Notes: a model not told the origin generated them from the letters alone. 64,000 nucleotides of DNA from Squalus acanthias (GCA_030390025.1 CM059431.1:125676001-125740000); one strand, 5' to 3'; shown: positions 1 to 12,721, counted from the first letter of the stretch. A program made the numbers and translations.

Positions 1-381
1 TAAAACGTTAAAATGCTTTTCTTCAAGTGATAAAGACATTAAAGTATTGATTGCTTTGAAGATGTAGAAATGAATGATGAAGGTGTTTGGAACATTGTAT
101 CATTTTGGCATACAGGTACGAGAAATTATTTCAATTGGACACAGAGAGCTGTAAATTGAGATTAGTTTTCTCATAACTGAACATTTTATGCCAATATAAA
201 CATTGAATTACAGAACCTTTGCCTTTTATGAAGAAGTATGCTTCTAAATGAAGTATGCTTCCAAATGTAGTACTTTATTAAATAAGTAGTCTTTCATTGA
301 ATAATTGTTCACGATGGTTCACAAATATTGTTTGTTTTATTTTAATACTGTAAAAATATCTCCATGAAGATGCATTTGTAC

Positions 382-738
382 CTGATTGTATAAACAAAAT
401 GGCGGTAAATACCAACAGTCTGTTCTTGGGCCATATTTTGTGTTTCAGGCCTTTTACTTGCTTGCGGAGGTTTATCTTGTGACATGTAGTCTCTATGTGA
501 ATAAAAGCACCCTGTTCAGATTCCATTATTGAAAAGTCTACTCAGCAGAATATTCTCTAAATTAGTTTATGGGTAAGCCTGAAGGATGATTTTGATTGGG
601 TGAGACTATTATAAGACCCATGACAGACACTCAATCTCAGAACATTTTATTGTTCAGAGGTGCTGCTGTTAAATGAGCTGAATCACAAACAGTAGAAAAC
701 GCATTTAAAAATGGAGCCAATATAAACATGCCTGGATC
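382..738 (-). pseudogene. Candidate decayed exon of an RGS22/RGSL1-like multi-RGS-domain gene
   Basis: Minus-strand acceptor ttttcattgcctttag|G at 738 and donor CAG|gtacaa at 382. Protein-like fragments across frames (PFLNAFSTV..., EIECL, RKQVKGLKHKIWPK) are broken by stops. Family assignment is by recalled similarity only. Confidence 0.35.
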
Positions 739-1198
739 CTAAAGGCAATGAAAAGTTATAAAATTTGTACTTGTACAGCTCAGTTCATGCTATAAATATC
801 CCTGGTGTATAAAACTTATGGATTAAATTATTGCACAATGCAATTTCAATGTGAAATTTTGCTCTCTGCTATATTAAACAAAGGCATTAACCTGTTTAAA
901 ACAACTGGCTTTACATCTTCATTAAAACAGCACAAAATAAAGTCATGCAAGTGTGTTAATGTGTTTGTCAGCAATATCATATAACACAATTTTACCCCAA
1001 AAGAATCAAGCATCCCTTCTTATTGTTATCTGAATGCAAAAAAACAATGTAACACTGCCATAGACAAGCATTTAGCAATATATACTCATGCAGCAATCAA
1101 TATCCCAATGTGAGCAGAACAAGAGTTAGATTATGCCATATAGACACTTCCTTTTCACTCCTGATTATGACGATAATTAGATTATTTTATTAAAATAC

Positions 1199-1603
1199 CA
1201 TTCAGTTACTTCAGAATCTTCTCTTTTATTGTTACACAAAATATATTAAGCATTGCAGTGACATACACTCAAGTCCTTGAAAACATTTGCAAATATGATT
1301 GGCCAATAATCAATGTTTTAAATTTTCTCTAAGTTTAATGGAGTGAGTCTTTGTGTTCAAAATCCCTGCTGCCCTTATTGTGAGATATTCCTCTGGGACT
1401 TTGCCAACACTCATAACTGTGTCAACTATTGATTCGCACTTTTGATGCACATGATTCACTGGGATAGCAGGAAGAGACAGAGATAAATAAATCTTTATTT
1501 CTCCCTTTATTCTGATGAATTGCAAGCATTTAAAACAATAAGGCAAAATCAATGAATAGATAGCAGAATGGAGAGTATTGGAAATGCTGTTTTTGGTACA
1601 CAA
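1199..1603 (-). pseudogene. Candidate decayed exon, RGS-like domain (RGSL1/RGS22-like)
   Basis: ORF 1310-1603 CLQF...QKCESIVDTVMSVGKVPEEYLTIRAAGI resembles my recollection of an RGSL1 RGS-like segment. In-frame stop at 1310, with a possible donor ATG|gtattt at 1199. Confidence 0.4.
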
Positions 1604-2141
1604 ATAGCTGAGCAGTAATCTGTTGACAATTACGTAAAAGTCTTGTCATTATGAGGCCTACTTTTAGTGGATGCAAAAATCATTTAATGAATCCATTACC
1701 GCCAAGATAATTTCATCCCAGTTACACTCCTCCCATTTTATTAACATTGTCAATGGAAATTTCAGTCATCTAATCAAATGTTAACTGAATTTATACAAAT
1801 GTAATATGTAAGTGGGTCACTTGGCCAATGGAAATGACATAACTTATGACTGGTGGCAAGAAACATGCAAAAGTGGATGTAGAAATGACACGAGAGACCT
1901 GTTTCTTTCAGATGGTAATTGCACACATATGAAACAGAGCAATAGATGTTTTTCCTTGCACCAAAGGTATTCAATCCACAACCGTTAAAAAGTTGCTCTT
2001 AAGTTTGTAGCACTGTCCACGAGTTCAACAAGTGAATCAATGAGATTGCTTTTCACTTTTTGACGGCCAACCAGCAGAGTGTGCCACAATTCGTTGTTGT
2101 TGAAGTAAATAATTTAACTATTTGCTTTCTTCCTTCTACTA

Positions 2142-2672
2142 TTAAGAACATACGAAATAGGAGCAGGAGTAGGCCATTTGGCCCCTCGAGCCTGCTCTGC
2201 CATTTAATGAGATCATGGCTGATCTGATCTTGGGCTCAGCTCCATTTCCCTGCCTGCTCCCCATAGCCCATCACTCCCTTATTGTTCAAAAATCTGTCTA
2301 TCTCCACCTTAAATATATTCAATGACCCAGCCTCCACGGCTCTCTGGGGCAGAGAATTCCACAGATTACGACCCTCTGAGAGAAGAAATTCCTCCTCATC
2401 TCAGTTTTAAATGGGCGACCCCTTATTCTGAAACTATGCCCCCTAGTTCTAGATTATCCCATGAGGGGAAACATCTTCTCTGCATCTACCTTGTCGAGCC
2501 CCCTCAGTATCTTGTATGTTTGAATAAGATCACCTCTCATTCTTCTAAACTCCAATGAGTACAGGCACAACCTGCTCAAACTTTCTTCATAAGTCAACCC
2601 CTTCATCTCAAGAATCAACCTCGTGAAGCTTCTCTAAACAGCCTCCAATGCAAGTATATCCCTCCTTAAATA
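2142..2672 (-). mobile_element. CR1 LINE, 3' fragment
   Basis: Reverse complement of the CR1 ORF2 end and 3' UTR (...ggcctactcctgctcctatttcgtatgttctta). The same tail occurs at about 22672-22755. Confidence 0.85.
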
Positions 2673-4450
2673 AGCTCAAAGCTCTGCAGTCCTGCCACAT
2701 CCAGTCGTGAATAGTGGTGGACCATTAAACAACTAACAGTAGGAGGAGGCTCCATGAATATCCCCATCCTCAATGATGGTGGAGCCCAGCACGTGAGTGC
2801 AAAAGACAAGGTTGAAGCGTTTTCAGCCATCTTCAGCCAGAAGTGCCGAGTGGATGATCCATATCGGCATCCTCCTGAGGTCCCCACCATCACATAAGTC
2901 AGTCTTCAGCCAATTCGATTCACTCCACGTGATATCGAGAAACGGCTGAGCGCACTGGATACAGCAAAGGCTATGGGCCCTGACAACATCCCAGCTATCA
3001 TGCTGAAGACTTGTGCTCCAAAACAAGCCGTGCCTCTAGCCAAGCTGTTCCAGTACAGCTACAACACGGCATCTATCCGACAATGTGGAAAACTGCCCAG
3101 GTGTGTCCTGTCCACAAAAAACAGGACAAATCCAATCCGGCCAATTACCGCCCCATCAGTCTACTCTCAATCATCAGCAAAGTGATGGAAGATGTCATCA
3201 ACAGTGCTATTAAGCGGCACTTACTCACCAATAACCTGCTCACTGATGCTCAGTTTGGGTTCCGCCAAGACCACTCAGCTGCCGACCTCATTACAGCCTT
3301 GGTCCAAACATGGACAAAGGAGCTGAATTCCAGAGGTGAGGTGAGAGTGACTGCCCTTGACATCAAGGCAGCATTTGACCGAGTATGGCATGAAGGAGCC
3401 CGAGTAAAACTGAAGTCAATGGGAATCGGGGGGGAAAACTCTCCACTGGCTGGAGTCATACCTAGCACAAAGGAAGATGGTTGTGGTGATTGAAGGTCAA
3501 TCATCACAGCCCCAGGATATCGCTGCAGGAGTTCCACAGGGCAGTGTCCTCGGCCCAACCATCTTCAGCTGCTTCATCAATTACCTTCCCTCCAACATAA
3601 GGTCAGAAATGGGGATGTTCGCTGATGACTGCACAGTGTTCAGTGCCATTCACAACTCCTCAGATAATGAAGCAGTCCATGCCCGCATGCAACAAGACCT
3701 GGACGATGTTCAGGCTTGGCCTGATAAGTGGCAGGTAACATTTGCACCACACAAGTGCCAAGCAATGACTATCTCCAAGAAACGAGAGTCTAAACACCAC
3801 CCCTTGACATTCAATGGCATTACCATCACCGAATCCCCCACCATCAACATCCTGGGGGTCACCATTGACCAGAAACTTAACTAGACCAGCCACATAAATA
3901 ATGTGGCAACAAGAGCAGGTCAGAGGCTAGGTATTCTGCAGTGAGTGTCTCACCTCCTGACTCCCCAAAGCCTTTCCACCATCTACAAGGCACAAGTCAG
4001 GAGTGTGATGGAATACTCTCCACTTGCCTGCATGAGTGCAGCTCCAACAACACTCAAGAAGCTTGACACCATCCAGGACAAAGCAGCCCGCTTGATTGGC
4101 ACCCCTTCTACCACCTTAAACATTCACTTTCTCCACCACCGGCGTACCGTGGCAGCAGTGTGTACCATCTACAAGATGCACTGCAGCAACTCACCACGGC
4201 TTCTTCGGCAGCACCTCCCAAACCCGCGACCTCTTCCACCTAGAAGGACAAGGGCAGCAGACGCATGGGAACACCACCACCTCCAAGTTCCCCTCCAAGT
4301 CACACACCATCCTGACTTAGAAGTATATCACCAGGGACTGCAGCAGTTCAAGAAGGCGGCTCACCACCACCTTCTCAAGGGCAATTAGGGATGGGCAATA
4401 AATGCTGGCCTTGCCAGCGACGTCCACATCCCATAAACAAATAAAAAAAA
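2673..4450 (+). mobile_element. CR1-group LINE (second family), 5'-truncated, frameshifted RT
   Basis: RT motifs GPDNIP, NYRPISLLS, QFGFR, LDIKAAFDRVWH, GVPQGSVLGP, FADD over ORFs 2973-4388. AATAAA and an A-rich tail at about 4398-4450. Confidence 0.93.
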
Positions 4451-4959
4451 CATATAGACACACACATAGACGCAATAGCGAATCTGCCACAGTATTGCTC
4501 ACAGTGAGTCAGGAGAGAATGTTCTTTCCTATGTAATGTATATTATATTATACAGACCTTTGATTTAAGGTGATTGAATTAGTCACTGCACATGTAAACA
4601 CGCACAACCTGGCAGGAATTATGTGAGACCAGCAGGAGGGAGCAGGAAATCGCATGGCAGCAGGCAGACACCAAGCACCCAAAGAAACAGTCCACAGCTG
4701 TCAGGTAAGTGTATTTTTGGGGGTATGGGTGGATTGACAGGTGATCGTACATGGGGGAAGAGAGGAAGCCCCGGGGCAGGGAAGGCCCACGGTTTCCTTG
4801 TGGTACATGAACAAACACTTAGGTTCTTTCTGGCTGACAAGCGAATGTTAAAAAATGTAATTTACTTACCTTCTTGCTTCTCTTCTGGGCCTGCTCCTGC
4901 AGGGCACCAGGTTTCCCTGGCGAGACCGACACCTGGTGCCAAATGTACAACTGTGCATT

Positions 4960-5340
4960 GAAATCGTGTCGGGTTCTGAATGACTTCATGAAAATCCATA
5001 TAAACCACATCTGTTGCATTTCCTTCATCTATTCATTGTATTTCTCCAAAGAATTCTAGAAAGTTGGTCAAGAGCAACCTGCCTTTTAAAAAAATCCATG
5101 CTGACTGGCCCTGATTAGCTCATGTTTCTCCAAGTGTTAAGTAATTTATTTAGATTTTTTCTCTATCTCCTTTTAAGGAAAGTGGTTTCACATTTGTCAT
5201 CCTCCAGTACTCTGGTACAACTTTCCTCTCCACAGATTTTTGGAAAATTATTCCCCATCTTCCCTTAGGATCCTCGCATATAAATGAGCAGGTCACGGTG
5301 AATTGTCTACCTTAAGTTTGAGTAACTTATTTAGCACCAT
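4960..5340 (-). mobile_element. Old CR1 RT relic
   Basis: Reverse complement contains cagcatggattt...ggcaggttgctcttgaccaac (QHGF..GRxxLTN) and gatgtggtttatatggatttt (DVVYMDF). Confidence 0.6.
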
Positions 5341-5792
5341 TTGTCTTTTAATAATAACATTCACTAATTGTTCAACATCCACCACTGGTAGTTCCACAAT
5401 CCTAATATCCACATCTACTGTCCATCTGTACAATTTCCCATCTAAAGTGGCGGGTAATTTACAATGCTTCTGGCTATATATGAGAGGAGGGTTTTTAAAC
5501 TTTAGAGGGCCAAAAAGCCCATGCAGCCATACATTGCATGCACTAAGGTGCCTTTCTTATGTTTTTCAGCTTTTAAAGTCAGTACAAAAGCCACTTACTA
5601 AGTGATACTGTAGAGCCATCTGAGGCCTGCTGTAATCAGTCCTCGGACCCCCTTCCAGGCACAGTCCCTAGCCAACCCCCTAATGAATCTGACCCTGGAA
5701 ACTTGGCTGGGGTCGAGAGCACATACGTCTGCCAGGAGGAAGTTCCACCCTGCTGTACTTCTGAAGGAGTTATGGCCAAATGGAAGAACTAG

Positions 5793-7679
5793 ATGGTGAA
5801 ATTGGGGTGCTACGCGGCCCCTTAGTGTTTCAAAATGGCGTCCGCAGCACACGCGCACACTTCTGATGCGAAGTGTGCCGGACACCATATTGGTAAAGAG
5901 GTTAGCGCGTACACACCTAACATCCGCCGGAAGCATGCAGAGTAGGCAGATCATGGCATCAATCAGTGTGCAACACTGATATGATGCCAGCACTGCCATT
6001 TTGGAGCTCCAGGCTCCAGCCTACCTCAGCAGTCTGAGCTTCCATTGCAGCACTCAGGCGTTGGATGTCTGTTGCTTGTGCTGCAATGGAAGCTGAAACA
6101 TCGCCCATCAGATGCTGCTGTATGTTGATGGAGTTGGCCACGAGTTCCATGCTGGAAAGGATGGGCTCCTAGCACTGCGTAAAGCCCTGTGCCAAGTTGG
6201 TGCCGGACTTCTCCATGCTCCTTGATATTGAACGCAGGCTTTCTGATAGGCTTTCCAATGCACCAAGCATTTCGGAGTGTATACCCATCAGACTTTTTCA
6301 GTAACCTGGTCCATTGAAGTCCTCATTTGAGTCCTCTGCAGCTAGAACTTATGTGCGACCTCTCCCTCCAGCGAGCTGGCACCTATGCTATCCTTGCCAC
6401 CTGTCCTGGCTACAGCACACTTGTGCCCAATGCCTCACCACCTGTAGATCCTGCCTCTGTGCTATCCTCTAAAATACGCGTGTCAGTGTCAGTATCTGAG
6501 CTGATGGCTGCGAGTGTGAAATCGAGTGACCGTGTGTCTTCATGATCACTGTCTTCCAGCTCTTCCACCTCTGCCAGGACAGGTTGCAGGTCTTGGGTAT
6601 CTGAAATGAAAAAGGAACAAGGGTTAGGTTGTGGTGAGGGGAGAAGCGAAAGTAAGAAATGCATGCTTAAACCATCTGCAGCTTGTAAGTCAGAAAAGAG
6701 TTAGGGATGAAGGAGACATGGGATGTGAGAAGGCGGATTAATTATGAGGATACCATCATCTTCAATGGATTCAGCCCTGCCGGTGGCCACGGCCAAAGCG
6801 ATGGTCCTTTCTATAATGGCTAGCACCGTCTTTTCTATGGGGTTTAGATCATGCAGGCGTGTCTCTCCCCCTCTGGTTAGTTCTTGCTGCCTCCGGTTAT
6901 GCGCCACCTTCTCCTGCAAGAGAAAGGGAAGTGTGTCAGTGAGTGTTGTGTAATATGTTTGAGTGATGTGGCTGTCATGGTTGAATAGCTGGCAGTGCGT
7001 GCAAGCTGTGAGATGTGGATGTGAGGCTCGCAACAGTGCTAAATGTGTGAAGGTGAAGTGAAGCACATGAATGTTAGGCATGAGTCCTGATTGATAGAGA
7101 ATGTTGGTAGTTGAGTGATTGGGGTGTGGTAAATTGTTTAGTGGCTGAGGCTAGTGGTGCAATTGGTAAGATATTGCATCAGAAGATGCATTCTTGGACC
7201 TTGCCCACTCGTGTGAGGTCATTAAACTTCTTGCGGCACTGCATCCAGGTCCTCGGGGCTAAACTCCTGGCATTGACCTCCGTGGCTCGTTCCTGAGGAT
7301 ACGGGACATTTCTGCTCCTTTTCACCTCCTCCACCAAGACCTCCATTGCAGCGTCTGAAAACCTTTGTGCCCGCTCTCTCAAATGGTCAGCCATTCTTCA
7401 CTGTTTCCCAGGTCAGATTCAGCTGCAAAACGACCCTCAGCACCTGCTCTAGCCATAATGCACCTCACCTTTAAGATTTGCAGGTTAGCTTTAAGTGGTG
7501 AATGCTAGCTTTAAGCAGTGCAAGTTACCAGCGATATTGGGCCCCCTGCTGATGCGTGCAGCTAATGAACAGCGTGGGTAGTACTGGAGTGCTGCCTGCA
7601 TTACACTGAACAGGTGCGGGTTAATTGCGCATAGCACTCCCTGTGCCTGTTTTCAGGGGCTAACCAATTCAAACCCCCC
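5793..7679 (-). mobile_element. Non-autonomous PIF/Harbinger derivative carrying a Myb/SANT gene, no transposase
   Basis: Contains the spliced Myb/SANT gene below. GC-rich ends with weak terminal similarity; boundaries approximate. Confidence 0.65.
5960..7394 (-). pseudogene. Harbinger Myb/SANT-like (NAIF1/MSANTD-type) gene, 3 exons: 7394-7200, 6913-6754, 6600-~5960
   Basis: RERAQRFSDAAMEVLVEEV...RTWMQCRKKFNDL in exon 1. Canonical GT-AG sites (aag|gtcc, cttgcag|gag, gatg|gtat, atttcag|ata). Exon 3 has a stop at 6410. Confidence 0.8.
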
Positions 7680-8755
7680 AGGCTCCTATTTAGTATCTCT
7701 GCCATTTGCTCACTCTCCACTCCAAGCTTTCCTCCTTCATCTCTTAGAGGCCCTATTCCTTCCGTGACAATCCTCTTACTATTAATGTGCCTATAAAAAG
7801 CCTTTCTATAAGTGGACTATGTACCAATTTTCATGAAACTGATACCAGTTCAAGGCCACAAGTGAACTGGTAAGAGTAGCAAATTAATTAAAGTGCCTTG
7901 TATTTATCCTTTAACAATATAAATTTATTATAAAACAGTTACATTTTTATAAAACCTGCTTCAACAAGTAAAAAGATAAAATTTTCTTGTATCTGTTATA
8001 TTTCCACGGGCTGAGAACTACATTACATTTGATGAAAAGCACATATATTCTAGGTCTTCTAGAAGAGCATCAAAACTTTAATTAGCATTTCATACAAAAT
8101 TTACTTTCTCAAGCAATTTAAATGCAAATATCTCTTAATATGCAATTGTTTAAAAAAGACTGAAAGGTAAATTAGTCTTGACGAAGGGATATGATAAAAT
8201 AATTTTCAGTGAATAAACCATTTTAATTATGCTTGTTGAAATGTATGGTAGTTTTTTCTTTAATTTAATAAACTACTGTTTAACTTCAATTTAAACTTAG
8301 TTTAATTAAATCATTTCAGATAATTATATTTTACATTGAGTATTCACAAAGCATGCAAAGCAAAAGTTATCCTTCCTGTTCATGAGAAGGCATATCATTT
8401 AAATATTATACTTTAGCCCTCTTGGAGGGAGCATGGACATGCGTCAGTGGATTTGTGACCTCATAACATTATTTCACATGTAGAGATGGATCGTACTTGT
8501 AAGTTTCATTTTAAACACCCATGCTCAGCAAATTAGTCATTTATTAGGAAATCGTATCCAATTACCTTTAACCATGCTGTAGTTTTCAATTAGTTATGTA
8601 GTGGCACTGAAAAGATTGACAATGCTTTAATTGATAGATGTGGAAACATCATGCCCAGATGAGTGGAAAATATGCTTCTGAACATTGCTATATGTGGAAC
8701 AAAACTCTTTGGACACCACTTTAAGACGATGTAAGTTCATAATCTGTATACACAT

Positions 8756-9096
8756 TGGGGTTGCCAACCTTCCAGGAATTGAAGATTAATCTCCACAATA
8801 CTGCTGTGAGCAACCCAGGAGAAAAATCATAGGAGCATTAAACAAAATTGTGTTCTTTGAATACTTTCATTTTTTAGTCATAAAAGTATTGGAGATGGGG
8901 AAAAAAAGGCTGTTTTACTAATTGTCAAGATTCATCCAATTGGGTAACAAAGAGTCTGCTCCTTTCCAATTGGCCGTGGGAAGGCAGTGCACTTGGAGGA
9001 TGGACCAATGGCAGGAGTTTGGGGCAGGATGGATCACGGTGGTAGGACATGTAATGAAACCTCCAGGAATACACCCAACCAGTGTTGGCAACCCTA
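8756..9096. mobile_element. MITE with TAGGGTTGCCAAC-type TIRs (hAT-like)
   Basis: tggggttgccaac ... gttggcaacccta inverted termini. Flanks only half match (atacacat / ataccttc). Confidence 0.7.
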
Positions 9097-9554
9097 ATAC
9101 CTTCAAAATGGATACTTGTAAAACTTTTACATGGAGCAAATATATGATTTGCAATGGGCATCAGCCAACCTCCTCATGAATGCTGCATATTAATGTCATC
9201 AGGATCTGCAGAAAAAGAAGAAACCTAATCAGTCTGAATGTGCCAGAAATAATTGCAGTTCCAGCCAAAAGGGCGACCAGCATAGCTCCCCCTCCAAACA
9301 AAGACTACATCAAATCCTAAAATGGTTCTGAAATTTCAGTTTGTTACATATAGTCAAATAGGTCAGAGGTGAGATTTACATTGATCTTTTATCTTATTTA
9401 TGTATTTTAACTGTATGTAGATTTTGCTTATAACACCGTCAAATTTCAGGATTCTTAACTCTTTAGCCTTTTAGGAATTTTGGGTTAATTTGTATTATGA
9501 TATTCCTTAATTCAGCACATAAGGGATTAAATCCACACACTGCATAAGGGAGTA

Positions 9555-9736
9555 GGGGGTAATATTAACTATTATTGCCAAGTGAAAGAATAGGCGACAA
9601 TGAATCGGCTGTATATTTTACACGCCGCCCGATTTTATTTTCCATGGAAGTCAATAGAAAAGAAAATCGGACAGGGTGTAAAATGGCCACCTGATTTGCT
9701 ATTTTTCGCCCAGTAATAAAAGTCAAAATTGCCTCC
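9555..9736. repeat. Palindromic hairpin MITE
   Basis: Inverted arms (ttttacac...ccgatttt / aaaatcgg...gtgtaaaa) around the centre ttccatggaagtcaatagaa. Confidence 0.65.
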
Positions 9737-9832
9737 AAGCTGTCTGAAATAGCATATACGACCCAGCAGCTGAGACCAGATGAAATGTCTGTCAGAAAGG
9801 TGTTTCTTGCATATCAATCAGTTTGAGACAAT

Positions 9833-10612
9833 GGGCTGGATTTCTCTGCAGGGTGGTTTTGCCACCAGAGGTGGTTGGCGCTGATTAAAAATCTAGGATG
9901 TGCTCCTAACAATATCGCTGCCACACAGTCGCAGACCACCACTGCAGGGAGAAAAATGCAGTGGTACTCCAGTAAGATACTTGCTGCAGCACTTGAATAG
10001 CAGCATTAAAGGGTCAAAAGTGCCTGAATGATTTTTTTTTAATTTTAGAAAAGTCTATGACTGAGACAGAACCCCTTCCAGATCAGATATGTGGGTAGAA
10101 GAGAGAAAGAGGTGGCCAATTCTAGGCCTTCTGCCTCCAACATGGCCATCATGTACCACCACCCTTCTTCTACCACTAGCTGAGATTGGTGGTGCTTCAG
10201 TCAGGCGGCAGGGAATTTGGCTGACTTACCTTGCCTTGCTACACTGCCATCATTTAAGTGGCCATGATGCGGAGATGCCGGTGTTGGACTGGTGTTGGAC
10301 TGGGGTGGACAAAAGTGAGAAGTCGCACAACACCAGGTTAAAGTCCAACAGTTTTATTTGAAATCACTAATTTCAAATAAAACTGTTGGACCTGGTGTTG
10401 TGCGACTTCTCACTTTTATCATTTAAGTGGATTAGGGTAGTCATAGGTCGGGCAGTTCCATTCTCTGCTGTGGTGGGAGGGTTGCGGGGGTGCAAGTACT
10501 GGCAGCAGTTTGAGAGGCAGGAGTCCGGTGGTAGGATCTCTTGCCCATTTTCCTTCTTCTTCCACCTCTTCACCACCTGATATTGGGTGGTGTGGTAGAG
10601 GAAAATCCATCC
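9833..10612. mobile_element. Non-autonomous Harbinger-type MITE hosting a Penelope fold-back insert
   Basis: Termini gggctggattt / aaaatccatcc, with AAT on both flanks. Confidence 0.6.
10262..10417. mobile_element. Penelope 3'-terminal fold-back mini-insertion
   Basis: Matches the Penelope end at 49231-49320, followed by its own inverted copy. 13-bp TSD atcatttaagtgg (10249-10261, 10418-10430). Confidence 0.85.
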
Positions 10613-10706
10613 AATGGGTTTGTTAATATATCCTAGGAGCAGTCACACACTATGCTGCAGTGGCCTAATTCCTTTGAACACAGCGAGGGCGTGGAGTGGT
10701 GGGGGT

Positions 10707-12148
10707 TGTAAAATTCGCAATTATCGCGATTCGAAATAACGAGATAAAGCAGATTTGTTTCATCAGTTTTATTTCAACGAAATGCTGTCATGATTAAACA
10801 GGACACAGAAGCCTGTAAAATGGCCGCCGCGCCTCATGGCAGAAGCTTCCAGAATTTTCAGTGGGCAGACAAGATGGCGTTCGAATAAACCTTTCAGTAT
10901 AAGATTGGATAATACTCAGCAAACACTGATAAAGACAGGATGCAACCTGTCTGCATTCGACACAATAGCAAAAAGATATAAGTGCTGGAATCGTTTTCCA
11001 TGCACAAGTAAGGACCATTGTACTGGGCAATCGAAGGCCCATCCAGATACATCAATACGCAAATTCCCCCACGGCTCTACAATGAGAGAGCCATTCTCGG
11101 GTGATTAAGTCAGTATTCGAGGAGGCCCCAAAACCAGTCAGGGAGACTCCTAGCCGGTTCGACAATGGGGAAAACATTAACGGATAGTTGGCCAGTTTAA
11201 GGTGCTACCGAAACCCATTAAAGGAAAGAATCGCCCCATGCTGGGAGTTTTGTGCACCAGTATTACACAAAGGACAAACATCAAGATTTGAGCGGGAGAT
11301 AAGGGAACACAGCACTATAACTATAGTGAACAAATGTCCATCGGTCTCTTGACTGTTTTATCTCGCTGATGACTGCTGAACTTTTATTCTCCTATTCTGA
11401 TCCTCGGGTATCGCTCTGCTGGACGAGCAGCTTTCTGTTTTTCTCTGGACTCTGTTGACTATGTTGGGTGGAGCTCGAACGGAACGAGCCGCCTCGACGA
11501 AGGCCAGTGACCGGGTGCACCATCCCGAGAGTCGGTAAACGGTGTCTGGACCCGAAGGCCCGAAGAGACGAGACGAGATGAGACGAGAAGAAGAGGAGAA
11601 GAATCCACGTACCGCCACGGTCAGTAAACCCCGACCGCGCCCGAAAATACAAGAAAGAACTGCAGCGAAACGAGCCGAGTGCCTTACTTTAAAATTCTCC
11701 GAAGTATCACGAGTGGTGAGCATGTTTCCCGATCCTACAAATCTAGATTAGTGTAGGTATTGATAGGGGAGGGTGGTTTTTATTAAGGATAAATATAATG
11801 TGTTCCCCTTTTTACGATGTGCCGTGCGTTCCTCATTACCCTAGACCAAGTTTTATGAATGTATGTATACTTGTACTGTCATTAATTTGTGCCTATGACA
11901 TGTACTTCATGATTTTGGACGTTATGCAATAAAGATTTCCATTTCGTACTATTCAACCGGGTCTATTTGAGTTTTTCTCTGCATTACTGCTCTCGCACCT
12001 AAGTCCAGTGTTAGAACCGTAAGGGCGAGTGGGTCGAACCACTCACAGGTGCTTATTGCAACAAGGCTGGCCGGAGACCAGAGCAAGCAATAGTATTAGG
12101 CAACGAAGGCCTAACCCCGCACAAGCACCCTGAACCGAACCCCTTACA
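10707..12148 (+). mobile_element. Solo LTR (1442 bp), ERV- or Gypsy-type
   Basis: TGTAA...TTACA termini, 4-bp TSD GGGT, TATA-like cactataa near 11313, AATAAA near 11928. Homologous to 61237-62953. Confidence 0.88.
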
Positions 12149-12256
12149 GGGTGGGTGGGGTGGAGAGAGGGGGATGGAGAGGGGTCACATTCCTAGAAAG
12201 GTGAAAAATGAGAAGTCGCACAACACCAGGTTATAGTCCAACAGTTTTATTTGAAA

Positions 12257-12293
12257 TCACGAGCTTTCGGAGCGCTGCTCCTTCGTCAGGTAA
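12257..12293 (-). ncRNA. Minimal type I hammerhead ribozyme motif
   Basis: Minus strand reads ttac-CTGACGA-a-ggagc-agc-gctcc-GAAA-gc-TC-gtga. Confidence 0.75.
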
Positions 12294-12306
12294 CCTTTAC
12301 CTGACT

Positions 12307-12343
12307 TTACCTGACGAAGGAGCAGCGCTCCGAAAGCTCGTGA
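12307..12343 (+). ncRNA. Minimal type I hammerhead ribozyme motif
   Basis: ttac-CTGACGA-a-ggagc-agc-gctcc-GAAA-gc-TC-gtga: core boxes, stem II, stem I ttac/gtga, and palindromic AGCT in place of stem III. Confidence 0.75.
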
Positions 12344-12721
12344 TTTCAAATAAAACTGTTGGACTATAACCTGGTGTTGTGCGACTTCTCATTTTTGTCC
12401 ACCCCAGTCCAACACCGGCATCTCCGCATCCTAGAAAGGTGGTAGCAAGTTTGATTGGCAGCTTAACTTGCCAATTCCCATCCCCGAGAGCTCAGGGAGT
12501 TTCGCAAGTCACAGACCTCAATTGCTCTCGGAGTTCTTCCGATAATCCATTTTAACTTCAGCAGAAGAGTCATGGAAACACAGGAAAATGGACCTGCTGA
12601 GATTTCTGTGGGGTACCCGCCACGGGAGCCAGTGTCACGCACAGGCCAGTTATCGGAGTGGAAGAGAGGACACTTCAAATTAATTAAAAAATAAACATTT
12701 GAATTTAATTAAAACATCTAG

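Larger units (their letters stand above)
12204..12428. mobile_element. Penelope 3'-terminal fold-back mini-insertion with two opposed hammerhead motifs
   Basis: About 90-bp perfect inverted repeat of the Penelope terminal sequence. TSD tcctagaaaggtg (12191-12203, 12429-12441). Confidence 0.88.

Noticed and set aside
11358..11723. Antisense ORFs starting MLTTR in two LTRs (also 62221-62493)
   Set aside because: Only the first residues match, at the conserved gtgagcat motif. The rest is not conserved as protein.
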